A DNA stretch of 64,000 nt, taken from Narcine bancroftii (taxonomy: Eukaryota). The position numbers and the translations under genes were made by a program. Below, one piece after another: positions 51,312 to 62,221 of the stretch. The notes beneath the pieces were generated by a model. The model saw nothing but the letters and a program-made list of their open reading frames with translations. It searched no databases and was not told the origin of the DNA. How positions within the stretch are numbered: the stretch's first letter is position 1; each line of letters opens with the position of its first letter. The stretch lies in NCBI RefSeq assembly GCF_036971445.1, contig NC_091477.1, forward strand, positions 107,136,001-107,200,000. Reading direction: 5' to 3'.

Positions 51312-51542
51312 TGTAATGCGCGTCGAAAGAACCAAAGACTTGTTGATCCAAACCAAGGCTTTTATTAACTAAAAGACTGGAGCGTATCACAAGTAGGTCG
51401 ACCAGTCCAGAATGACCTGGTCTGGCTAGGAGCAATCCTTTAAGACCTGCCAGTGGGTGTGGCTACGCTCTCAGCCAATCACAGTCATCCTACACTACCA
51501 TCTGTCCATAGACACATTGGTGATAGAATCTGTACTATCACA
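51312..51542 (-). mobile_element. Solo LTR, 231 bp
   Basis: TG...CA ends and AATAAA; 5-bp TSD gggat/ggaat (4/5 match); highly similar to 60371-60601. Confidence 0.88.
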
Positions 51543-52203
51543 GGAATCTTTTACCCAATCACCTGCAAAGTGAGGAACAAAACCCTTATACCTTCTCCTG
51601 ACCTCCCAGCATAATACAGAGGATACAGTTAGGAATACACTGTGAAGAAACAAATGAGAATGCAGTTATGGCTGTGCAGATTTCTCTGTGAAATGAGGTT
51701 AAATGTTGAGACAATTGTTAAATATTAACAGACATGTAAGCAATGCAGTTCCTCTCCAGATGTTACTGTATGATTGAGAAATTGAAATCTTTCATTTTAT
51801 TATGTAAATTTACATTAAAACCTGAATTTGAAACAGCTGAAACTCTGAAGTGTCATATTTCAAAACTAAAGGTTAATGAAGAAACAATTTAACATTTCGC
51901 ATTACATTCAAAACTAGCCAATGTCTATGGGAAGTACCAACGCAAATAGTAACTATGGCACGTTTGAAATTTTTGTATGTGGACAAAACAATGACTTACA
52001 ATTAAATAGTTTTTGACTCTAGGATGCTAAAAAAATCATTCAGAAGATCATTTGTGTAATAGCAAGATTTGACTATTAAATGCCAAAGGCCAATTGAACT
52101 TTTGTTTTTCAATGTCCTTGCACAGATATTTTGTGATATGTTGTGATGAACAATATGTTTTAGGATTGCTGTCAGGAAGGGCTAAAGGCTGCAGCTCAGC
52201 ACA

Positions 52204-52342
52204 ATGCCAGGCTTATTAAACCAATCTACCTGGGCTCCTCTCACCTTGAATGCATCCTGTATCAGAGCTTGCACTAATGGCTACACCCTCAGGACATCCA
52301 CGAGCCTCACCTATAGCAACCCAGAAAGTGAACCGGTGGAAG
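52204..52342 (+). CDS. vwa5b2: von Willebrand factor A domain-containing protein 5B2-like, coding exon 1 (start of VIT domain)
   Basis: Acceptor ttttag|g at 52164; acaATG; MPGLLNQSTWAPLTLNASCIRACTNGYTLRTSTSLTYSNPESEPVE(G); donor AG|gtaagc, phase 1; matches the recalled VWA5B N-terminus (MPGL..W.PL....RAC.NG....LTY.NP..PV.G). Confidence 0.92.
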
Positions 52343-53409
52343 GTAAGCAACTAGATATCTCATACAAATGACAAAATATGCAAATAATACATATTCAAGG
52401 TTTATCTCATCTCCATTTTCCAAGAGATTGCTGTACACCAATTCAATCAGCAGATGCTGTTTTCAAGCCATTTTCATTCTTTTAAAATCCCTATGTTTAC
52501 GGTAGACGCTGACAATGATCAAAATACTTACTTTTTGTCTTAAACAATTTCTACCACCATTAATCAAGAAGACTAAATTATTGCTATTGAATATATCTAG
52601 AAATATTTCATACAGCATTATAGAACATTAGTTGGTTGCATTGGTTCATGCCAGTAGCCACATTTGTTGTGCAAATTATTTTCAGGAAAAGAGGGGAATT
52701 CTTGGCCTTCTGAAAATATTTCTTAAAAATTAATACCTTGTGAGTGTGCCCAACATAGAGAGAGAGATGGCTCTGATCATGAAAGTTAAGCTAATAACAA
52801 AAATGCGAAGAATTTATTGGTCAGGGAGACATTTTTCTACATCTAATCTTTTGAGAGTGAATTGCCTGAGGATATATAGTTTGGTTTCAGGAGCTAGAAA
52901 ATCCATTACCCTGTTGCTATGCTTCCCAACATTTCCCAAACAAACACAGGGACACAGTTATTGAGTCATCTGTTAACAAGCATTGGCTAAACATGGGCTG
53001 CAAATTGAATGAATAAACAGGAGATATCAGTCCCTTTATTGGTAATAAATTAATTTAGTTGGACCAAGATTAAATGACCCAGAGTATTTTTTTTCCGTGA
53101 CTTTATTTCTCATATGCATCAGAGTGCACTAGAATTTCTTAGAATTTAGCAGTACACACAGCTGCCAAGTAAAGCTGACTGCACTCTAAAGGTGCCTATA
53201 TTGGCTTGGTTAAATTGAAAGGCTTTGAAATTGCTGTCACCGATAATCTGTTCCTTCACTTCCTCTGCTGTTACAGCATTTGCAGATGGAACTACTTAGA
53301 AATCGCTGATTTTGCTTATAATTCTGGCTCTACACTCCATGAAAGCTCTTATGTCTGATTGGCTAAACTGCTTCTGTCAGATCGGATTTGTTGCTGGAAA
53401 GCGTAGTAC

Positions 53410-53512
53410 AGTGGTTCTCAACCTTTTTTTCCCCACTCACATACCACCTTAAGTAATCCCTATGCCATAGGTGCTCTGTGGTTAGTCAGGGATTACTGGG
53501 CTTGAAGACCAC
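53410..53512. mobile_element. Single unit of the hAT MITE family, intronic
   Basis: cagtggttctcaacc..ccactcacataccaccttaagtaatccctatgccataggtgctctgtg..gaagaccact. Confidence 0.8.
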
Positions 53513-53678
53513 TCTACATAGAACCTCCTAAATTTTTGTGGCAGCGGCCACCACTGACTGTTTCTCCTTTGCCACTGGTCTACAAGTGCTATAGAAATTA
53601 ATTTGATAACATCTATTCCTGTATGATTATTCCTGTATAAAGTAAGATACTTTTCAGAAAGCCTTGATTCTTTGTTAG

Positions 53679-53840
53679 GTGTATTTGTTTACCTGTTGGA
53701 AGAATCCGAGGTGGTGGTTGCCTTTGAAGCCTTGACAGCAGGAAGACTGGTTACAATCCAGGTAAAGAACCGGGCAAGAGCTGAAGACTGCTGTTTTGAC
53801 TGTTACATCCGTGCCAACCTTGATCTTCAATGTAACAATG
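53679..53840 (+). CDS. vwa5b2: vwa5b2-like coding exon 2
   Basis: Acceptor tttgttag|GT and donor AATG|gtaagg; 162 nt, phase 1-1; GVFVYLLEESEVVVAFEALTAGRLVTIQVKNRARAEDCCFDCYIRANLDLQCNN(G). Confidence 0.92.
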
Positions 53841-55719
53841 GTAAGGGAAGGCTGCAGAATACTTTCTACTCGTGCTTTTATCTGATTGTTTCCATGAAAT
53901 AAAATTTCTGGAGCCACTAAATTAGCGCAATGTTCACTTAAAATGGTGCTAGTTTTTGCACGGATAATTAAATTGCATCTTAATAACAGTTTGGGTTTAT
54001 TGGTATTGCTTTCTTAATAGGTTTACAAAGCTGTTCTTATTGAGTTAACCCTCTTTGGCAAACATTTAAAAGGATGTAAATAACATTTCTTTATTCATTC
54101 TCAAAGATTGATTTACATTAAGTTCAAATGAAAACTTCAGCCCCTGAAAACATTAGAGCTTTTGCTTTATGGTTATGTAAATCCCTTGTTCAATTTATCG
54201 TGTATATTTGTGATTATTGCTTAAAGTATTTGCATTTTTGATCTAATAATGGGTCAGTTGATATAGCAATAAATTAGCATCAGAAATACACCCCTTCAAT
54301 CTAAAATACATAAATAACCATCACCTGAACTTTGGCCTTAAATTTAGTCAGATTTGAATGGATCTGTACGAGTTTCAAGAGGTTTTAAAAAAAATTATTT
54401 TATTAATAGGTGGAAAAGAAGACCAGTGACCCAGTGTAGTTTCTTTTCTCAAATAATCCAAAATAATCTGCCTGGAGTCACCTACTCCTCCAAATACTGA
54501 AGGAGGCAAAATAAAAGATTACCCTCCAACACACCATTGTACATAAGATCTCATTATCTCTTGCTGGAGTTTTTTTAGTGGCACATTTACACAGGTGACT
54601 CCCTCACTAACGGTCCATTTTGAAGAAAATATCTCCAGCACTTTTATGGATTGACTTACACTGCTCTCATTCCGATGAATGTGTACCGTATCTTCTATGC
54701 AACTTCACTATTTTTTTTCTCTGTGACTTCACAACTTGTCTGAACATGGAATACGAGTGATTGGTGCAGCCTTTTTGTATAAATCGATCACTATTCTGCA
54801 ACTCAATTCTTGCTCAAACAGACACTCTTCTATCTGTACATATTTTCATACTCTTCAGGTTTTAAAACAACGATGACAGATGGGGTTTTCTTAAAAAGCT
54901 CACACCACACAATACCTACCCAAATTGAAAGCACTTCCAAGCAGGAAAAAGCCAAGATGGACAGGAGAGGAGAAATACCTGGGTATTACCTTCTTACTTA
55001 AGGCAAATGCAGGAATTCTAACCACCAATATAAGAGACAGCCTCATCCCAAAGGGACTAAGATTGATTACATTGCAAAAATCATAAAATAGACATTATAT
55101 CAGCAGGTGAGATATCAAATGATATAAATAAAGGTTAATTTTTGGGGGGAAAAAGTTAAAAACTGCAAACAAATAATTTTCATTCAAATGTGCTCATTCC
55201 ATAATATCAAGGTATTATCATTCAGTTTTCAAAAGAATAATGCACTTAACTACCATTGCACAATTTCTATTTTCCACACCGTTTATTTAAGAGGAAAAGT
55301 TGTTTATGACATATTATTGGTACTTTAGCGGTGTACTCTGAGGAAATTGGCTTATAACTGTCCAAGGGAAGGAGGTATCCTTCAGCATTGGTCAATAAAC
55401 AAGACGATCAGATTGTACGCTCATCCTATAAATGTCTTTCTCTCATTGGCTCAGCAGGTCCCATTTTCCTGCTAATTTCACTGTTTTAGTACTTTCCATG
55501 GAATGAATAAAAGTAACTGGAACATAAAGACCCTTAATCCTGCAGTCAGCCCCAAATCCAAGACCCAATCACTATGGCAACATTAACTGGATATACCACA
55601 TGCTTGGATGTGCTATTTATCTTTATTCTTTCCCTTAAAGGAAATGTTCTCGCTTAGTAATTGGGGTTGACAGATTTTTTTTAAACAAAGATCCATAACT
55701 TCTATTAAGGTGACTTAAT

Positions 55720-56065
55720 AGAGGCCTACAAGATTCTGAGAGGCATAGATAGGGTGGACTGTCTTTTCCCAGGCTGGGAGTAGCAAACACCAGAGGACAT
55801 CTGTACAAAGGGAAGGGAGGAAAGTTTAGGGGCGACGTCAGGAGTAAGTTTTTTTTTTAAACACAGAGTTGTGAGTACCTGGAAGGCCTTGCCAGAGATG
55901 GTGTGGAGGTTTAAACATTTAAGAGGCTCTTGGACAGGCACACATGGATGGAAATAAAAAAGAGGGTGACAAGGTAGGAAGGGTTTAGTATTTCTTTTGG
56001 TAGGAATATATAGGTTGGCATATTATCGAGGGCGGAAGGGCCTGTACTGTGCTGCAATGTTCTCT
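55720..56065 (+). mobile_element. CR1 3' end, intronic, ending ~70 bp before exon 3
   Basis: gacttaatagaggcctacaagattctgagaggcatagatagggtggac..gaagggcctgtactgtgctg. Confidence 0.8.
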
Positions 56066-56137
56066 TAACCAGGAGTGTTTTCTAAATTAATCCTTGAGCA
56101 TCCCCAAGCTTGAGTCTTCAATGTATTGGTTACACAG

Positions 56138-56354
56138 GTCACCTCATATTGGATGAAGACATGGATAGAATGACTTTCATTGTAAGCACTGGATTGATTG
56201 GTTCTCGGCAAACCATAACCATATTCCTCAGCACCACGCTGGAACTTCAGACACAACAGAATGGCGCCATGCATGTCCTGTTTCCTCTAGTGTTTATGCC
56301 TTTAGTACGCAATAATGAGGGGAAGATTGAGCCTACAAGAAGTGATGAATTAGG
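56138..56354 (+). CDS. vwa5b2: vwa5b2-like coding exon 3
   Basis: Acceptor tacacag|GT and donor TTAGG|gtaagt; 217 nt, phase 1-2; GHLILDEDMDRMTFIVSTGLIGSRQTITIFLSTTLELQTQQNGAMHVLFPLVFMPLVRNNEGKIEPTRSDEL(G). Confidence 0.92.
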
Positions 56355-57079
56355 GTAAGTCCTGATGGGGCTTGACTCCATATCGAGTTCTGTTGCCAAA
56401 TTCTGTATTATCGCAGCTGATGCAAAGAAGAAAAAAAGAACATTGAGACCCTTAGAAGCTTGTTGAAACTCAGTGCATGGAGGGGGAAGGTGAAAGGTTA
56501 AAGCAGTACTGTTTGGCCATGCATCTCACTGCTACTGATTGAAACTGCCTTGGGAGGTGCCTAGGGATAGAACTGGAATGTGAGAAGAGATAAGAAAGAC
56601 ATAATTTTGCTGAGTTTGAAGAATTATAAACTGTCTAGATCTAAAAATGTGTTGTTTTTTTTTTAAACCTTGTACTGAGGTCACAGGCTTTGGGGAGGTG
56701 GTGTTGGGGAAGGTAGTGCCTACATTCCTACATGTAATGCTTTATTTTGAGATCATGTGAGTTTGTAACTTTTTCCCAACATGCTTGAATGTATAAACAC
56801 TTGATCCATCCCTTTGTTGGATGGCGACCCTACGGGACTGCTTCAAATGTGACAGCAGGAGAGGGCTCTTCCAGGTAGCTAAAATCTACCTAATAAAGAG
56901 TTAACAGAATATCTGTATCAGGACCAATGAAAACCAGAGCCACACAGCAACATCAAACATTTTCATGCTATAAAGCCTTTGATGTAACAAAATTACCCAA
57001 GCAGAGTCAGAGGAAGGCTATCAAACAAACTTTGACACAAACTCACATGAGGAGATTTTTAACATTTATATACGTATTT

Positions 57080-57305
57080 TTTTTTAAATTTAGGGATACA
57101 GTACAATAACAGCCCCTACTGGCCCACAAGTCCATGACAGCCACAAATACACCAGTGAACCTAAAAAAAACCTTTTTTTTTCGAGGGTGGGAGGAAACCA
57201 GAGCACCCGGAGGAAACCCATGCAGACATGGAAAGAACATACAATCTCTTTACTGGATTTGAATTCGGGTTACTGGTACTGCAATAGGGTTGCACTAACC
57301 ACTAC
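57080..57305 (-). mobile_element. V-SINE copy
   Basis: Reverse complement of the V-domain: gggaggaaaccagagcacccggaggaaacccatgcagacatgg. Confidence 0.82.
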
Positions 57306-57609
57306 ATTATTGGGGCAAATGAGCATCAGCTTGATTTATGGATTTGAGCAACAATAAATTATTGAACAACTTAACTAGTGTTTAAATGGATATAGACAAA
57401 CACCTTAATTAACCTTAATTAGGGATATATTGCAATATATTTATTGAAATATACCCTTAATCTGTTAATTGAGGTGGTAGTCTATATACTTTGAAGAGGT
57501 TAAGTATAACATTTAAAATTATTGTTATTAATTTAAACAAAATGATGTAACATATTTTAATAAAGCTAAAATTTTATTTGGAGGTCACTTGCTAATAAGA
57601 CCATTTATA

Positions 57610-58205
57610 GGACCATAAGTAGGGCATTCACCCCATTGAGTCCACTCCATCATGAGCTGATCCATTCTTCCACTCAGCCCCACTCTCCTGCCTTCTCCCC
57701 ATAACCTTCGATACCCTGACTATTCAGATACCTATCAATCTCTGCCTTAAATACACCCAATGGCAGCCTCCACAGCCGCTTGTGGTAGCAAATTCCAGAG
57801 GTTCATCACTCTCAAGCTAAAAAAAAAATCTTCACCACTCTGTTTTAAATGGGTGCCCTTCAATTCTGAAGTGGTGCTTTCTCCTACCATGGGAAACAAC
57901 TTTGCCACATCTGTTCTCTCCAGGCCTTTCAACATTTGAAATGTTTCTGAGGTCCCTCTCATTCTTCCAAACACCAAGGAGTACAGTCCAAGACCTGTCA
58001 AACATTCCTCATATACTAGTCCCTTCATTCCTGGAATCATTCTTGTGAATCTTCTCTGAACCCTCTCCAAAGCCAGCACATCCTTTCTTAAATAAGGAGC
58101 CCAAAACTGTATCCCATATTCCAAGTGTGGCCTCACTAGTTTATTATTAAGCATCATCACATCCTTGCTCATTAATCCTGTTTCTCTAGATATGAATGCC
58201 AATAG
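57610..58205 (-). mobile_element. CR1 3' fragment
   Basis: Translation LVRPHLEYGIQFWAPYLRKDVLALERVQRRFTRMIPGM. Confidence 0.92.
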
Positions 58206-59090
58206 CCACATAGTATCCCAGTGAACTACTTCACCCACTGATATGGTAATGTTGCAATGTTGGGCATTGGAACCTAACTTGTAGTCCCAAAATTAAACTA
58301 CTTGAAACAGTTGGATGTTTTAGTCATTTTCCTTAATGGTGGATGAAGATTTGTTTAATAAATAACCCTAACAAGATGATGTGACCCAGTACAACTCTAA
58401 GCGTGATGAACCTGTTTTAATCAAGTGAAACTTTCAAATTGCACATGACATTTTTATGTGTTTAGGTTTGTGGGTCACTATTGAACAGAGAAACTATAGT
58501 CAATGGGAAATGTGGGACCATTTCTATTCTTTGTTGTTCTGCTTACTATATATTCATACTTAGGTGCCAAAAGATCCTTTTTCACTACAGTTAAATCAGA
58601 TTGGAGTCATAGGAAACCAGATAATGGAAGTTGGGGCCAAAACTCATCTCCGTGGACCAAGGAATTGTCAAAATTTCTGTTCTTGATGAATGATCTCAAT
58701 GTAAAATGACAACAATTTCTCCTTCCACCCCACTGATACTGCTCAGTTCCTCCAGCAGATTGTTTTTTTTTTTTGCTTGGAATAACAAGTTCGATAATCC
58801 TAGAGCATCATGACCAATATGAGGCTAGAATTTAGGATAGCCTGTTCATGTCTATTCTTCCAGAGAACGATTAATTTGCATATTTAGATGTGTATAAAAC
58901 TTGGGCCACCCCTGGTTATTGTGAAAACACAATATCCTGACTTTCCCTAACCATCAATGGCCTCCACATTTGGGAAGCTGGTATTGTGAGATGCTGGGTT
59001 GTTAACTAATTATTTTTGTTGCTATACTCCATTTTATTGACATTTTAATCCCATTTTCACATTACTTCTCTTTCCCCAACTATATTTTAG

Positions 59091-59242
59091 TTCTACCAAT
59101 TGCTTTGGAGCAGGGGGCTTGAAAGTACAGAAATCCAGTAAACACCGCAGCCTACCAGAGATCTTAACAAAAGAAGTATTCAACCCAGTACCATACGAAT
59201 TCAACTTTGAGATGATAGTGCGTGGACCCTGCCTCCTAGCAG
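59091..59242 (+). CDS. vwa5b2: vwa5b2-like coding exon 4 (gene continues beyond the window)
   Basis: Polypyrimidine acceptor ttttag|T and donor GCAG|gtaaga; 152 nt, phase 2-1; STNCFGAGGLKVQKSSKHRSLPEILTKEVFNPVPYEFNFEMIVRGPCLLA(G), with the VWA5B hallmark CFG...Y.F.F....GPCLLAG. Confidence 0.93.
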
Positions 59243-60370
59243 GTAAGAAATGTCATTGTTTGGAAGATAAAAAGTATTTTATTTTCAATGGTTAGCATTC
59301 TGCTTTGAAGGAGTGTCTTTTTAAAATTGAAAACTTATTGGATTAGCTATTATAAAGCAGGGAAATGGTTTTAGAGCTGGATTGTTCAAATAGTCATTGC
59401 TTTTGTGCAGCATTCCTTTATTTATCCCCTACCAATCTTTGACCATACAAAACACTCCTCAAGGCCCTACACCCTTACACCAATTTTACAATCCAGACCT
59501 GATCCAAAAGTGAGGTGATTTCTGCAAAGGGCTCCCTCAGATGAGGTCTAGCCAAAAGTGTGCAATGCCGTACCTCATTTGCCACTAAATAATTACTGTG
59601 TCTCTTGATCAAGGTATCTATTTAATGAATCTGCACAGTGTTTAAAGTTGGGGGGGGGGGTGGTGTGGGAGCAGTGCACTGAGGTCACATCTGAAGTAAG
59701 TGAAAATATTTGATAGAGGAAAGGAATATGTCCACAGAGGAGAGAGACTGTTCAGGAGAGATGGTGCAGTGTGTAAGAATGAGGACCAGTGAGTGGACTG
59801 TGGGAATATTGATGGAATTTACATTCATGGAGCTGGAAGTAAGTGAGCTTTGAGAAACATACCTGCTCCTTCTGAAGGGGAAGATCCATTTATGTTCCAA
59901 TCACACCTTTCACCACCTCAGCGCACATCAAAGCACTTTGCATCCTTTGGATGCAGTCACAGTTGTCTCACTCTTGTGATCTTGGCTCAGAAACAGTGCT
60001 GTAAATGCACTTACCCAGCCCTTTTCACCTCTTTTTACCCACCACCTGCAGCTCACACTCAGTAAAGCCCACGTGAAGATGATGTCTCCCCCTCCCCAGC
60101 TGAAATTGGATTAGTTACCCACTCTTTTTGTGGTTTAGTTATTCCTATCACAGGAAGTGGGGATTGTTGTCAATGCCATCGATATTGCCCTTCGCAACCT
60201 GCCTGTTGGATAGCTTGCTTGGCCCTTTGAGAGGACATTTGAGAATCACCCTCTTCGTATGGGCCTGGTCTGGTGAGAACTTCTTTGTGTGAAGGACAAC
60301 AGTCCAGCAGCTTTGCAATCATCATGGCTAAGGCAAATGTTTTTTAGCGTTCCAGATTACTATTAACTAT

Positions 60371-60601
60371 TGTGATGGTACAGATTCTATCACCAATGTG
60401 TATTTGTACAGATTGTAGTGCAGAATGACTATGATTGGCTGAGAGCATAGCCACACCTACTGGCAGGTCTTAAAGGATTGCTCCTAGCCAGACCAGGTCA
60501 TTCTGGACTGGTTGACCTACATGTGATATGCTCCAGTCTTTTAGTTAATAAAAGCCTTGGTTTGGATCAACAAGTCTTTGGTTCTTTCGACGCGCTCTAC
60601 A
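60371..60601 (+). mobile_element. Solo LTR, 231 bp
   Basis: TGTGAT...CTACA ends; perfect 5-bp TSD ACTAT at 60366-70 and 60602-06; AATAAA at ~60547. Confidence 0.92.
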
Positions 60602-62221
60602 ACTATATTTATATTTCACGGCTCCCATTGTGGGTTTTGAACTCAAGTTCCAGTGTGCCATCACTGAATCATGTTTGGACCAAAACTAGAAGACAGTGTC
60701 ACATTTGTGGCCCGAAATGTGAAGTTAATAAAACATTAAACACAAGTTTATCAGGTAAACTTCTTAGTGTCTTTTTATTCTCCCGTTTTCCTTTGTTCTC
60801 CTGCTTGTGTTCTTATCTCTCTCTCATACCACGTGACTTCCGGTATATCTCATACATATTCATTATCATGACAGACGGTAGGGTGGACAATCTTCTACCT
60901 ACCCTCCTATTAGTATAAAATTACCCAATTCTTTTTTGCTTTTTCTGTCCCTCAGAATATTTGATAATATTGGTCGCTTTGATCCCATGTACTTTACTGT
61001 TGTGAGATGGTTGTTTGGTCTTCCTGAAAACAGAAATATACTTATTTTAAGGATAATCATGGTAAATTTTGCATTTGACAGATGAATTAGGCAGATATAA
61101 AGGCCTTTTAGAACCTTAATTAAAACCTTGTGAGATTGGAAGGAAATTAAACAGTTAAAGGCTTTCTTCATAGTAAGACATTGAACTTAGCTGGAAGACA
61201 TCCTTTCCCCCAGAGTATATAATTATTCACTATCTTTATAAAATATTCAGGACAGGCATATAGAGGAAGAAAAAAAATCAATAGTTCCAGTCAATCCAAC
61301 AGATTGATTCCTGCAGTTTCAGTGCTAAATACAATTACTTCTGACAGAAGGAATCTGACAGGTTTCCATACAATGCAAGCCCTAATGCAGTAAATCACTC
61401 TGAGTGTAAGCACAGCACTGTGAGGTTCTGAATAATAATGAGGGTCACGTTATTTTTTTTATCAATAAATGTAAGTATTGGATTGTAAGAAAGCAAATCT
61501 AATTGAATAGTGAAGATGTTGCTTTTTAGAGTGAAATGCAATTACTTTAATGGGGTTGGGTGGAAGAATTATGAGGGGGAGGTGCAGTGGGGAAAGGGAC
61601 ACTAAACTGGACCAGCTAAAGATTGCTCATTGAAAATCTGAGCCATAATCAAATGGGAGGAAGCAAGCCAATGAGAGGACAAATAACTCCGAGTGCAGTT
61701 CAAATCATAACCCAAGGTTTCATTGCAGATGGAGTGAGTAATCACCGGTGTTTAGCTGCAGAGTGAAAATTTGAACATTGGATTATTCCATTAATTTCAA
61801 GTGTGACAATGAGGTGAACTTTAAGACCATTATGGAGTGGGAAGAAACTTTGTGTTATAATCAATATCCTCCTGCATCAAACGCAAAAATAAAAATGGTA
61901 TCCTGTGGTATCATGAGTCATATTTATATTCAATGTTTGAATACATTGGAGTGTGGCTATGATAATTGGTTATGGAGATGAATGAAGACTAGTGAGTGTT
62001 GCTTCTGAGAGATTGTTAGTTTATTTCTCTTGTGCTGTATAGTAGCACTCAGAAAGAGTTGAATTTCATTTATTCTGTTCCTTGTACCAGTTTTGTGTTG
62101 GGTTGATCAAGATAACTACAATCAGTGGCATGGATTCTTACACAAATTCATGAATTGAATTATAATGGGTAGGACTTTACTGAAAATAGCACGATAGAAA
62201 CAGATCTTGCTGGATCACATG

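Noticed and set aside
56226-56246. REST/RE1 site (tcagcaccacg)
   Set aside because: Only the left half matches, there is no GGACAG right half, and it lies in coding sequence.
56817-56875. Extra vwa5b2 micro-exon between exons 3 and 4
   Set aside because: There is no convincing acceptor, and exons 3 and 4 already join in phase and align with the recalled VWA5B2 sequence.
60831-60844. E-box/ETS composite ccacgtgacttccgg
   Set aside because: It is an isolated motif in AT-rich intron with no supporting CpG context.
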